64,000 bases of DNA from assembly GCA_037379345.1 (NCBI GenBank), contig CM074518.1:26226001-26290000 (forward strand), in the 5' to 3' direction. Origin of the DNA: Perna viridis (taxonomy: Eukaryota). Within the stretch, counting starts at the first letter, position 1. Every line of letters starts with the position of its first letter. The notes under the pieces were generated by a model. It had not been told where the DNA came from and did not search any database. It saw only the letters and a program-made list of their open reading frames with translations. Both the position numbers and the translations under genes were made by a program. Positions 14,722 through 28,487 of the stretch are shown here, piece after piece.

Positions 14722-15096
14722 TGTAACTGGAGAGTATGATTTGACTCACAAAATTATACTCCGCCACCGAGCATCGAACCCTAGACCGCGCGGTGACAAG
14801 CCAGCAACAAACCGATTCGGCTAAAGAATTAATATTTTAGCTAAGTCAATTAACTGGCTATTTAAATCTCACTACTTACTACAACGCAGGTAGGCCGTCC
14901 TGCCACAGTTAGTTTTCTGTATTTAATCGTCTTTGTGGCATGACGGCTTACCTACGTTCGAATTTAGTAGATTTAAATGCCAGTCAATTCTTTAGCCGTA
15001 TCGGCTTGCTTTTGGCTTGTCATCGAGTGGTCTAGGAGTCAATATTTGGTGGCGACGATGTAATTGTACAATTCAAAATCATGTTTTCCCGTTACA
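14722..15096. mobile_element. Two short TGT...ACA elements with a tRNA(Asp)-like core, arranged head-to-head (14722-14907 minus; 14934-15096 plus)
   Basis: Each reads TGTGGCA...GTTACA in its own orientation, contains TTAGCCG..TCGG...CTTGTCA..., and has 3/4-matching 4-bp flanks (GTTG/GTTA; TCTT/TCTG). Confidence 0.6.
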
Positions 15097-16102
15097 TCTG
15101 TACGAGTTCAGTGTAAAGACCGCTCAAACATTCGTTTTGAAAATAAGTTGCTAATCAGATATAACAAAGTTTGGATGTATTAGTTGCAGGTATGTAAAGG
15201 CATATAATTACTCTTGCATCTTCAGCTTTTTGTGCATTTTTTGTCAGAATAAAGACAAATTATTCTAACAGTAGATTTATATTTATACCTAAAGTCAAGG
15301 ATATTTCACTCGTGACTCTTGTTGATATATAATCTATTTTTAGTTCTGCATGAGACACACACATTTAATTAAGGATAACATCAATCGAACATTGACTCAT
15401 TTTTTTCAAAATTTGACCGTGTGTTTGTGTTATATATGTATTTTTTTTTCAGATAATTTTTTTTTTTATTATTTAATATAATTTATACTTGTAATAAATC
15501 AACCTGGTTTCAAATAAAATTTCTATGATATAAAGAAAACTAAAAATTACTGTTAAGGACGACTGTTTTGCAAATGTAGATGATTTATGAGAGGTTGACG
15601 ATATATTATGATATGATATAAGTATGATATCGTTCTGGTGTTTTTTTGTTTTTGTTTTGTTTTGTTTTGTTTTTTGATAGTTGTCCTTTATTACTGTGAT
15701 GTAGCAAACATTAAATTGTATTTCAATAAACCAGTCGTTGCGTGTAGAAATTTTTATTGGCAACCATAAAAGTATACGTCACAATTTCTCACCGCTTTTA
15801 CATCATTCAAGTTCAGAATAAGATCATGTACATTAAATTATTGTCAAGTATGCAAAGTGTTACTGGCATTTACATATATTATGCACACATGGTTCAGATT
15901 TTCAATTTTAGTTCAGTGCTAAGCTATTTCTTTATTTGAAATTAGGTTGATTCCATAAAGGAAGTACAGTGCAGTAACTAGTAGCTTTTATTATTAAATT
16001 TCCTTTACAAAGTAATTCTGTAACGTGATGGTTTTAAACAACAAAATACCGAATGCTATATAAGCCAAATTGTAAAATAGTGATGATGAATATTGAAACT
16101 AC

Positions 16103-16423
16103 CTTTCTTTGATTTATTCTGTCTTTCTGCAACTCCTGAATCCCCAATTTTTCCATGTCGGCATTTCCAAACCCCAGCTATGTACTCTGGATTTATGCTA
16201 GACAACTGATAAATAAAATGAAGGGTGTCATCACTGCGGTGTATAATTCCATTGTCTATATGAGAGCTACATCTTGCTGGGTTGGAAGGAATACAGTCAC
16301 CTAATGGCCGCCCTGTTGGATCACCGAAGAATACCCAATCATAAACGTTATTTATCTTGCAGGTAAGAGTTAATGTATTTCCGTAGAGGTTCAAAGTAAG
16401 ACAAACTTTAGTGTTGCAGACTG
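16103..16423 (-). CDS. Cys-rich Ig-like domain exon of a lineage-specific surface protein (gene 1)
   Basis: tttgcag|...AAAG|gtag, 321 nt, phase 1-1. CNTKVCL...LTLTCKI...FFGDP...DCIP..P..C...GVWKCRHG, homologous to the 32716 and 39591 exons. Confidence 0.7.
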
Positions 16424-16619
16424 CTGCAAAATACCCGTAAACATATTTTGTGAGGTACACGTTTTGATTGATATCAAAAAATGACACTGCCGAGCCAATT
16501 AACAAAGAATTGGTAATAAACTAATCACTCGGGGTCTCTAACAAATTTTGACAGCACTAGTACATGCTAATTTTGATATTAGACCATTATTTATGAATAT
16601 TATTATATATAGATATTCA

Positions 16620-19125
16620 CACATCTGGAGACTCCAGTGATTTTAAAGGAAGACTAATGGGCAACCATGGAAAGAATGATGACAACAACAAAAAAAAAGA
16701 CCGTTACAAAGGCATACAATTTTTTTGCAGGCCTAAGTATAACTCCAGCAATGGAGAATCCATGACATTCCTGTGTACTGATCATATATGTGATGAGATA
16801 CCCCCATGGTCGTGTGAGAGCGGGCCTGGAGGAGGATGAGTGACCATTATGTGGATCAATGGAATCAACATTGACCGAAAAACGGACTACGAGACAAAAC
16901 TAAACACATCTATGGACTCAACATTCCCAAGAGTTAAAGACCATCAGCAGCGGGTAAGAAAGATTTAGCACAGTTTGATAAAGACGCGCCATAAGTGTTT
17001 CTTCCAAAAGTAGCAGGAGACATAGATACAACGATGAACGCAATAAGTACGATCATTTATGGAATAAGGAAGACAGGTTTGGAATAGAAGAAAACGTAAC
17101 AGGTAAATCAAACAACAAAAGAGAACAGAATAATGACAGAAAAAATCCAATTAAGGAAAGAACAATACAAATTACCTAAGTGCTACAAGAAGGCAGAGGT
17201 GCAAGAACAGGAGGCATTAAAGAACTTTAAGATGTCTTCAGGGAAAGGATAAGAACACTGAGAAAAGCAGAAAATTTCAGAAAGAGTGTAGAAAGGGCGA
17301 GAAAAATATCTCAATTCACACTTAACTCATTCAACATTGTTAGAAAAAAATGCTTAAATGCTCAGGTCGCTTAGATTGCCCATAACCAGAAGTCGAGCAG
17401 AATTTGATGGAAATTAATATTGACCGCAAAAGAGATACGGATCACAGAATAATAAGCCCAGAAGAGCCAACAACAGTATTTCATATATCAGAATCAAAGC
17501 AGCTGCATGGAGTAATATCAACTTTAAAGAAAATGAGACCAGCTTCAGCCCCAGGCCCAAATAGCATTACACATAGAATACATAGGAACTGTTAAACCTT
17601 GAAAAACGTCTATGGAGACTCATTACAGTGGTTTGGAGTAGAACGCGGTTACCAGTAGACTGGCTAAAATCTGAAGGATGGAGATTCTAAAGAGCTGAAT
17701 CAGTTCAGAACTTTTTAATTGCTAAATTTTTATGGACAGTTTTGTCAAGCAACCTTGTCAAAATATGTCATATCAAATTTACTCAAGAAAAAATATATTG
17801 ACATCTAAGATCAAAAAAGAGTACCAGGAGCACCAGAACACCTAGAACACATAGGTGCTTTTACAAAGATCATTCAAGGAGAACAAAGGCGGTCTGGCTG
17901 TGATATGGCTATCTGGCCAAAGCTTGTGGAAGTATACAACACTAACTAGTAGACCTGACCTGAGACAAATATCATGTACATGTACCAGCAGAAAGAGTCA
18001 ACGAAATGATGCAACACTATTTTAGAAACTTTGTAGTGTGGTTCACTGTTGCAGACTATAATCAACATGGCAAAGGCTAGAAGTAGACATTTTTATAGGA
18101 TCCACTTTATCATTAGTAATTTTCTCAAAAGCAATGAACTTACTTGTAAAATAAACAGGGAATGTTAATAGAGGACCTGTACTGTCATCGGGGATCATTT
18201 AACCACCAACAAGAGCATTCATGGATATCATGACGATAAAAGTCGTCAGTTCTTGAAGGCAAGTGGGTGTTACAAGACATGGGGGAGTTTATAGACTGAG
18301 CCAGCATGATGTTCAAGCCGGCAAGTAAATGAGTCTGATATTGAAGAAAGGGATTGTGCAGGGCAGAACGTTCACAATCGGAGGCGAGACAATTCCAACA
18401 ATCATGGAAAAAGCCGTTTAAAGCTTGAGTAAGTAGTTTAAAGATCTTTTGAACAACATAAAAAGTGTGAAAGAAATTTTATCATATGCTGGCAAGTGGT
18501 TTGTGATCATTTACAAGTCTGGCTTACCGGGAAAGTACAAGGCATGGTGCTATCATCATAGTATATAACGAAGAATTGTATGGGCACTATTGATGTGTTA
18601 AGTACCTTTGACCAGAGTTGAAAGTCTAGAAATGATGTTCAACAGATACTTACGCATGTGAGTTTTGCTCCAAAGTGTTTTAGCAGCGTTGGAGTGTGCA
18701 TCACCAGTTCAAAACTACCTCTATCTTTTATTACAGAGGGAGTTAAAGTTACCCGAACCAAAAGTAATGATGTTAAGGGAGAGTAAAGATAACAAAATGA
18801 AAAAATGTCGAAGTTAGGACAGGACGAGAATGGGTAGCCAAGAATGCAGTAGATATGCATAGAGCCTATTTAGACATAGACATAGTTGGTTTTAGAAACA
18901 TCTAGCAACCGTAATGGCAGTCAGTCAGAAGTTTGATTGGAAGAGTGAAGAAGCAAGCAGAAGAAGCTTCTGGTTAGATGATATGAAGGGAGAGAGAGGA
19001 ACAATGCTAGAGGTAGCTGATTCCCAGCTGAGCCTGATCAACTCAGTCGGCGCACCCCCCCCCCCCCAGATTGTCGTGGACAACGCGAAAACTGTCGAGG
19101 AGGGGTTTGTCCACCTGATGATGGA
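16620..19125 (+). mobile_element. Heavily decayed HERO-type (R2-superfamily) non-LTR retrotransposon
   Basis: Fragments SAPGPNSI, GVPG..EHLEH, LAVIWL, PPTRAFMD, MFKP, KSGLPGKYKAWCYHH and EEASRRSFWL, plus a CTGATCA...GAGG...CTGATGATG 3' end. Many stops; boundaries approximate. Confidence 0.75.
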
Positions 19126-22100
19126 CCTATTTGAACACAAGAAGCACTGTTTTATGATATTTGTCTCACTATTTTCATTTGATAACATGCAAGCAATAGC
19201 ACTACTGATGTGTCACTTATATATCTATTCTTTTCCTATTACACATTACAGAATCAAAGCACGTACATAATGGGCCTGTAAACAAATGATTTTCATTATC
19301 ATATCCCTTATAAAAAAACTTAGTTCGTGGTACTATAACTGTGCTGTTTATGGGAAAACAGATGCCGGCAAGAGGATGAAATTTGACATTTTTGATGATA
19401 TAGACAAGAGATTAGCAAACTCTTCATGAGCTTATCCAAACAGCCATCAGTTATTGCCACGATAAGTTTTTTTTTTGGTTTTTTTTGTAATATATGTTAT
19501 TGATAAATTGTATGAAACATAATTATCAGTTAGTATATTTTTGAATTACCTCCCCTTAAATAGTATACAAGTTTTGAATCATTATTTTTAATCTTACCTA
19601 GCTTTTTAAAAAAAAATTATCCAGTACAAATGAATATATCTTCTCTATTTTTGTGGAATGTTATAAGCACGTATTCATTAACATGGACAAAAATTAAATT
19701 TTGTTTCATTTCATATGTTAAGTTCTATTGCAATCAAATGGTATTCAGCAATATATTGCATAAAGAGATACTGTTAGTTCATTTATGAAGTAACCTCTCT
19801 TTAAAAAAAATAGAAATCTATTGATTAATGGATTAATCAAATATGTGAATACTTTATCAAGCACTTCAATGTTCTTTGAAGTTCCCCTCCAAACTTTATT
19901 TGAATTAGTTTGAATTACCTCCCTTTACCCCAGAAATGCCCTCCCTAAAAGAAAATATTCAACCTAAAATAAGTTAATAAATTTCGGTGTCAAAACCTTA
20001 ATTTCAATTTATATGATTGTGTCCTATCTTGAGAAGTGTGTGTGTAAATTTTGTATGTGTGTTACTTTAATTTTTTATGTACTGTACTTTTACTTAATCT
20101 TATTTTATTTAGACTTGTTCAGTATATATGAGTTTACAAATCATATAACATGATGGATAATGATGTATGTATTTTATCTTTAAATGTTAGGGGTCTTGCA
20201 TCAAGCAATAAAAAACGATTAGATGTGTTTAATTGGGCTAGAACTAAAAAAACCATCCATTGTCTATATTCAAGAAACCCACGGTACCCCACAAGTAAAA
20301 AAAAGATGGCAAGATGACTAGGGTCATCAATGTTTCTTTAGTCATGGTGATAGTAGAAGTGCTGGAGTATGTGTCATGATTTCACCAAAATTACAACGTA
20401 CTATTCATGATTCTATTTTCGACCCTAATGGGAGATATGTTATATTAGATATTACTCTATATGACCAGCGTGTAACATTTGTTTGTGTATATGGTCATAA
20501 TTCTGATGAGCCACGCTTTGTTATAAGATTTTGCAGATTGTATGCAGGTTGAAAAGTTCAAGTTATGTGTTTTGTGGTGCAAGAAGGGTATCAAGATACC
20601 TGTAATGTGCTGCATGACAGGAACCCTAAAGCTCACGAGAAAATTGAGGACATAAAAAAATTATTTGCATTGTTGGACCCATGGCGAATATGTTATCCTG
20701 ACGAGAAAAAAATTACATGGCGTCAGCCAATTCCTCTTAAACATGGCAGAATTGATTATTACCTTGTATCTGAGGATATTTTTTCATTGATGAAATCAGT
20801 AAAAATTCTCCCTGGATATAGATCTGATCATTCAGCAATTACATTTAAATTTACAGCATCTCTATCCAAACGTGGTAGGGGATACTGGAAGTTTAATGCT
20901 TTACTACTGAAAGATATCGAATATATTGAGATGTTGAAAACCATAATAAAAAACACTATATCTGAATATTGTGGTGATGGGGACATGAATGATTACTTCA
21001 TGTTGAATTCTCTATTAATGATCAACTATTTTTTTTAATTACTCAAGATAAGAATCAGGAGTGAAACCACTAACTATGGTATTCAGAAGTCTAAACAAGA
21101 CAAAGAAACTTTCAGTAAGTTAGAGGATGACATACAGTCATTAGAAAATATCATTTGTCATAGTCCGAATGACGATCTGATAATGTCCTTAAATGAAAAG
21201 AAGTCTGAGCTAGAAAACAAAAGATTGATGGCCTTATTTTCGGCTCTCGAGCCAACTGGCACGAGAATGAACAGAAGTGTAGTGAATATTTCTGTAAGTT
21301 AGAAAAGAAATCATACATTCATAAAACCATGGCTGAGGTAATTGATGACAATGGCAATCATACATCAGACCAATCCAGCATATTATTTCAACAATAGAGG
21401 TTCTTAGAAAGTCTGTATTCATCAAAAGGTGACAGTGGTCAAATGTTAACAGTTTTTTTTTAACATGATAGCAAGTTAAATGATGGAGAAAAATCTTCAT
21501 GTGAAGGGGAACTTACTTTCAAAGAATGCGCTGAAGCTTTGAAACAGATGCAAAATGGAAAGAGCCCAGGCTCTGATGGTTTTACTGTTGATTTTTTTAA
21601 ATTGTTTTGGAAAGATATAGGACCCTTCTTATTTAGATCTTTATCTTATAGGTACCCTTCTGGACGTTTTTCTGATTTTTCAATGCCAAAGCATTATCAC
21701 CTATATAAGACAGGCGGTACATTAAAAACTGGAGGCCAATAAGTTTAATTCTATCTGCTATTGCATTTAGGCTCAAAAGGGTTCTTTCTTCTATTATTAG
21801 TGACTCTCAGAAAGGTTTTATGCCTAATCGTTTTATTGGTGAAAATACTCGCCTTCTCTATGACTTGATGCATTATCTGGAGGAAAATAATGAGGAGGGT
21901 TTATTATAACTTATTGATTTTGAGAAGGTTTTTGATTCTATTGAATGGGAGTTTCTAGAATCTGCTTAACAGTGTTTTAACTTTGGAGACTCTATTTGTC
22001 GATGGTTTGATACATTGTATAATAGATCTAAGAGCTGTGTCATAAACAATGGACACTTATCTTCTTTTTTTCAATTTAAGTAGAGGCTGTCGCCAAAGTG

Positions 22101-22226
22101 ATCCACTGTCTACTTATTTTTTTTATATTGGGAGTAGAATTACTTGCTATTAAGCTTAAAAATAGCCCTCATATCAAATGGGTTAGCTTTAAAAGGGGGG
22201 GGGCCTATTGTAAGTCAATATGCAGA

Positions 22227-24226
22227 TGTGGCAGAGTGAAATTTTGATAGTTTATTGTGTTTTATATATTCATAACTGTTTTATATCTTTATTAATTATT
22301 TAACTGTTTTCTCTAATAAAAATCCTTAAAACAATCAATGTTTACTTAGTCTCTATCTCTAGTATTTTCTATATATTACTATATGGTGTCTTCTAGCTAT
22401 TCCAACATTTTGAAATTACATATTCTACCTATTCCAACATGCAGAGAACAATAGATGTTGTTATAGCCTAATATGTTGTTACAATAATTAGTAATTAATT
22501 AGTTTTACAGGTAAAATTTACCTGAGAATTAAATATGAAAAATTACTGTTTATAAATTTTCCTACAAAATAAATTTTGAGTGAAAATGAATTAAATTCTA
22601 ATAATATAAGAAAATGAGGAATATGTTTTATTAAAATAAAAATAAAAATTATATTAAACTTTTTAAAACCATTTTACCTTTCTACCATTTAACATGCCAA
22701 TAATTGACAATGCCAAGCTGGTTTTGGTTAAAAATAGTACAGTTTACTACCCGGTAAAGAACAACCAATGTATATTCGACTACTCAGTATACTCAAAGAT
22801 CTATGTAACACCAACAACACTTCTCTTCACCCGACAACCATGTTTACAATATTTGATTGATTGATTGATTGGTGTGTAAAATGTGTGTGATCCTGTGAAT
22901 GAATGATAAAACCTTATAAACAGATATAGATAAAATATGAATAACAAATAATCGATAACAGTAATATTTACGTAATAATAATATTATATTTTTGTAAATA
23001 AAATAATAAAATGGTTAAAATCCAAACTTGTGTACTTAAACTTATAAGTAAAATTGAGGTGTTACAGATTGACAACAGTATAACTATTTATAAACTTAAA
23101 AATATGTAAAAGATAAATTGTTTATTAAATATTCTAAATCAGGGGAAATAACTACGTTTTCATATTTTTAGCACATTAGTTATTATTTTAATATTGTTTC
23201 TTCAGGTAGAACAAACAGTTATGTAATAATGGTACTGTCCCTGGAAAACGAGGCCTCTTGCACCTCATGCGAGGTATGTTTATGTGTATTGTTCACATTT
23301 TGTATCAAATGTAATGTCATTGTATTGTCTTTGTATTGTCGTGTCTAAATAAGCTATATGTCTTAATTATTTCGACTTATTCTATGTTTCATATTTTTCA
23401 AGTAAATCGTACAGCAATTCCGCCGTTTTGCTGTTGTATGTATATATACAACGTCTCAGAATGTGACGACTCTATTCGTTACACTGCTCCATCGGATCAA
23501 ATTGATACAGGGAAGATATATAAACGTATAGAAAGGTCTGAAAAATTCCCAACGATGTTAGAACTGTCAAATTTGCGATGCAAATTTTTGGTCGTTCTGA
23601 GTCAACATTCTGAGACGTTTGTATAATATTGATTTGTTGTGACATGCATCATTAATTCGATCCTCTATCCTACATATTAACATCTAAATGAACTGTCCCT
23701 AGATTAATCCTACGAGGAGGAATGACCCGGCCAGCGAAAGCTATATTTTTATGTAGCCTAGCTGAGCGAGTGGTCTAGGGCGCTGGACTTTGTGCAGGCG
23801 GTGTTGCCATAGATGTCACAGCAGTGCGAGTTCGAGTCCCGCGGAGGGAACGACCAAAAATTTGCAAATTTGACAGTTCTAACATCGTTGGGAATTTTTC
23901 AGACCTTTATATATATACAAAGATGTGCATACTAAAATATAGTATTGATGTGCTTACATTGATCAGAATGCATTAAACTCATTTTGATAACTAGATATAG
24001 TAATGATATTGAGTTTCGTAATTTTAATAGTGAAGATAGGAAATAATATGTCTTTCCTATGCATAATATGTATGTAACGCAATTTTACTAACTTGTTACT
24101 TAATTATTGTAATTGTTATTTCAGGGCCTTTTTCATTTGTAAAACATATCCACATATGATGAAATAAAGAACCCTGACACTCAGAATACTTGTTTATTTT
24201 ATTGGGAATTTAGGACCAATTTTACA
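22227..24226. mobile_element. Solo-LTR-like insertion (TG...CA, 4-bp TSD CAGA) in the YADD codons of the L1/Tx1 RT
   Basis: tatg-CAGA|TGTGGCAG ... TTTACA|CAGA-tgatacg. Removing it restores SQYADDTFLL. AATAAA lies near its right end. Confidence 0.85.
23441..23917. mobile_element. TA-flanked non-autonomous element with inverted repeats and an internal tRNA-like Pol III promoter, nested in the solo LTR
   Basis: IR pairs 23532-23597/23848-23908 and 23445-23467/23601-23625; B box GTTCGAGTCC; (TA)n at both ends. Confidence 0.7.
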
Positions 24227-26504
24227 CAGATGATACGTTTTTATTGATAGATGGAAAAGAATCATCTCTTAAAGAAACCTTATCATGTTTTAGAGACTTT
24301 CATGGTGCCTCTTGTTTGAAAATGAATAGTAGTAAAACCAAGGTACTGTGGGTTGGATCTAAGAAATATTCAAAGGATATTATATGCCCCGATGAGCAGC
24401 TTGATTGGTCAGTTTCAAAATTTAGATACTTAGGTATTGACTTTTCACTAGATTTGACCTCTATGGTCAATTTAAATTTTACGAAAAAAGTGTTGGAGAT
24501 TTCTAGACTATCAAAAAGCTGGCAACATAGAAAGCTTACTCTTCAAGAAAAGATCACTGTGGTTAAAAGTTTGGCCTTGCCAAAACTGATTCATTTATTA
24601 ACGACTTTACCCGATATTCATCAGAATTTTATTAATAAATTAGATAAACTGTTTTTTTTATTTTATTTGGGATGGAAAAACAGAAAAATATTAAGCGCAA
24701 ATCATTTATAGCAGATATACCATATGGAGGATTGCGAATGATTCATTTGCCATCTTTAATTATTTATCTAAAAATGGGATGGGTGAGAAAAATTTTCCTT
24801 CATGAAAATGAGGATTGGCAGCAATTATTGAATTTATCACTGAAACATATTGGTGGTTTACGAGTATTTTCTCTTAATAAAGAGAAACTTCTCCTAGTAA
24901 AAGATTATATCAAAAACCCTTTTTGGAGGGATGTGATTTGTGCTTTAAGTTTTTCCAAACCAATTCTTAAATCTAATGATATTAAACAATGTTTATCAAT
25001 TGATAATTTGAATTATGAATCAGTAGAAGATATAAGGTTTTTTACAGGCTTGGTTTTGAAAAAAAGATGTTTTCCTTTTGGGCGATCCCCAAGAAGGACT
25101 TTTATTGAATCTTCTAATGACTGTTACAAAGAACTATATATTTAAATGCAGACTTCATGAGAGACTTGCAAACTTATTAGAGTTAAAACATAAAATTAGA
25201 AGCTTATATGATATTGAATTATATATAGGCCAGAAAAAAAAGGAGGAAAAAGTCAAACAATTATGGGCCCCTATTGACATCATTTTCCCTGTTATAACCT
25301 AAGTTTATAGTATTTTTGTCCTTAATCTTTTACAATTATATTGATATATGAACAAGTCAAATGAACATATTGTGAGATATTATTCATTTAGTTGAATTTA
25401 AATGTGTACAGTGCATTAGATTATTAATAATAAAGTTCTTGAATTGAATGAAAGATGAGAGTGTGTGAAAGTGATGGTGAGTATATATGATATTTTGTAT
25501 AGTCTTTTTTGTATTAAATTTGATCTCTTGTGAAGACTCTGTTACAACTTAGTCAGGTGGTGATGTATGAGTCTTTGTTAAAAGCCTGACTATACTTTAC
25601 TATAAAGTAAATGGCGCAAAACACAATTGCACATTACTGATGCAATTATTTTTTTACGTGCAGTCTTTGATGAATGCGATATAATGTACCGTCGAACGTT
25701 ACCCGGTTACATGCACAATCATATTTAATATAGTCGTAGTTCTAATTTGCATGTACTATTGTCCCCAACCTCACTATCAATCGAACCATATCTTCTCTCT
25801 TAGAATAACCATTTTGCAAATCTCTAACAACCAATTCGCTCATTACTTATTTCTTAAATACTTGTATTTTCCAAACCACTCACAATACAAACAATTCGCT
25901 TGTTTCTTATTCTAAAGAGCAGTGTTGCAACTTTCCCACCACTCAAGATAAATAATTTCTTCCTCATTATTGTCATTTGCATTTACAGTTTATTCGTTCC
26001 TTTGTTTTTGAGTGTTCACATTTTTCCTTTCATTTATAACTGTTGATTCATTTCTTCTTTAATGTTAGTATTTCCCTCAATCATTTTTTTTCTATTCCTC
26101 AATATTCCCCCCATCACCAGCAACCAATTCTTCCTTTCCGTCTTCCACATCATTGCCATTGTCAATTCCTGCGTTGTTAGAGCTCCGCAATCCGCCGGTC
26201 TTTTCTTTTTCTGTTGAACCTGTTACTGAGGATGTATAAACATATATATGTAAATGAAAACGCTGATTTGTATCAGATATCTAAAGTTCTTGGCAAAGTA
26301 TGATAAATGTATCTACTCAGAAGGTTTAAGCAACGTTACGTCATCACTAGTCTAATGTATAGTGATCTAAACAAATTTTTCGTTGAGAAATTATATGATC
26401 TTGATCAATTTCAAGCAAGGTATTACTGCTCTCCATCTTGATATCTTTTGAACTTCTTTTTACAATTTGTGAGCGACCATGTTGATATCCATAAAAAAAA
26501 ATAA

Positions 26505-27180
26505 TATATAGAAGGAGTAATAAAGGGAACCAAGGTTATAGCAGTAATCAAAAGAATGTAATCCAGGGACAAAGACCAGACAAGGAAAACAAACACACAC
26601 AACAAAGAATATAAAGTAAATAAAAGCATACATATAAAATAACAAAAGCAAATGAGCAACTCGGATTTCAGAAAAAGAACTGGGAGCATGGACCAGGTGC
26701 ACCGCTAAGGTAAGCGTCCTCTGCTTTTCTAGAGACAGCCGCCGAGTTGCTCATAAAAAGTCAGGTCCGGGGTAGACAAACGAGGAAAGGAAAACTATGA
26801 CCCGTTGAATAAATCAGTTTTTATGGGGCAAATTGGTACAGCATAACGATCCAAGAGTTCATGATGACGACCATAAAATTTCTGTAGTGATGACTTCAAT
26901 CTTGTACACTTGTAACAGCATACCCTTGTTCCAGAAGCCTATTTGTTAGAATTCCAGTGCGATACAAAAAGTCTGCGTAGTTTTGGCAAGCTCCGGCATA
27001 ATTCCATACGCAGGTGCTGAAGGGATGTTGCCACAGATGAAAGGAAAGTTGACAATTCTGAATGAAAAGTCATCACGTTTGTCGTAAAGTTTGGTCAATA
27101 GTTTTCCTTTACCATCGATTTCTAAGTGTAGGTCAAGATATGAGGCTGACTTCACAGTGTCTGCAGTATCATCCTTTCTC
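26505..27180 (-). mobile_element. Penelope-like retroelement 3' fragment (RT C-terminus + 3' tail)
   Basis: SASYLDLHLEID...LYDKRDDFSFRIVNFPFICGNIPSAPAYG; the tail is shared with other copies in the window. Confidence 0.85.
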
Positions 27181-28388
27181 CAAAAAAAATCTTTCAAATG
27201 TGTATGATTCTATGGGATATACATACAACAACTTACCTTCTATTCTGATTAAGACTATTCCGACCAAGGTTCCCACACAGATTCCAAGAACTAGGAACAC
27301 ATATTGTACTATAAAAACAATAAAGGACGCAAGTAAGATAATCCAGAAAATTATGATACACGTATCGAAAAGTCTTTTCAGATAACAAACGTTGTTTTTC
27401 TTTAACTTTAGTGTTCATTGCTCTTTATCATTCCGATATAACTTGAGTGAATATTATTATTAAAGTTAATTGTGGTTTTCAATCATTCAAAATGTCTATT
27501 CAATTATTCAAAATGTCAATTAAATTATTTATATTTTACTATTCATCAACTGCATTTTGAAAATAAGATGCACTGGTTAAAGCGCTACATAAATGTATCT
27601 CTTTATGTACGAAGTTCATGTTTACAGTATGGACATAAATCTAATGTAAATATAAAGTAAAACTATTACATTTCGTATTTTATAATCTCTATTTAACCAA
27701 TGTATTTCTGAGACACACACATGTTGTAATATTGCACGCTTGACGTTTTTATTATATTTGATGTTGCGTTGCATGGCTGACGTCAGCTGTTCAGATTCTT
27801 GATAAAATATTTAGTAATTAAATTGTTCGTTGTTTGGCTTTTAGTTGACGACAGTCTTACTGGCAATCATATCTCTCTCCCTTGGTCATTTCACGTTCAT
27901 TATATCATATATTTTAACTATACTTCAAGTGAATTCCCTGAAGGGGAGTGATAAAGGGTATATGATACAAGTCTAGGCGTGTGATATAGGGTAAGCGATA
28001 TAGGTTTTGAGGTGTGATATAGAGTATGATCTACAAGGTAAACAATATAGGGTTAAACAATTACGTATAATGCACATACCAAAAGTTATATTTAAACCAA
28101 AATATTAATATATACTTAAAGGAGATATCGACCGCGGTCATGGGCTTCATTCCATATCTCTATCAGTGTTCCATAAAACATTAGATCACATGCACTGAGC
28201 TGCCATAATTTAATACGATTCTTACTCTTGTAATATACATAGAAAATACAAATGTAGTTTGTGCTCATCGTGTTTTGCTATAACATACAAGTAACATTTC
28301 GCCCAATACACTGTTTTAACATCATATATATTTTTACATGTAGTATACCAGGTCCTTAATATATAGATTATTTATCAATAAAACATAC

Positions 28389-28487
28389 CTGTACAGGTTT
28401 TATTTAAGCTGTCTAATATTCCAGCTACCAGGCAAACAATAGCGAAAACCATGGAAGAAATTAACACCAAGACAATCCGAAGTATAG
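28389..28487 (-). CDS. Candidate transmembrane exon (probably of the Ig-like gene starting at 33631)
   Basis: ttgaag|CT...ACAG|gtatgt, 99 nt, phase 1-1; ILRIVLVLISSMVFAIVCLVAGIL. Confidence 0.5.

Larger units (their letters stand above)
20151..25302 (+). mobile_element. Decayed L1/Tx1-clade LINE ORF2 (APE endonuclease + RT), interrupted by a solo LTR
   Basis: ILSLNVRGL, QETH, RIDY, SDH, GRGYWKFN, KSPGSDG, DFEK.FD, GCRQ.DPLS, SQYA|DDT (split by the insertion), YLGI, GGL, NPFW. Confidence 0.93.
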
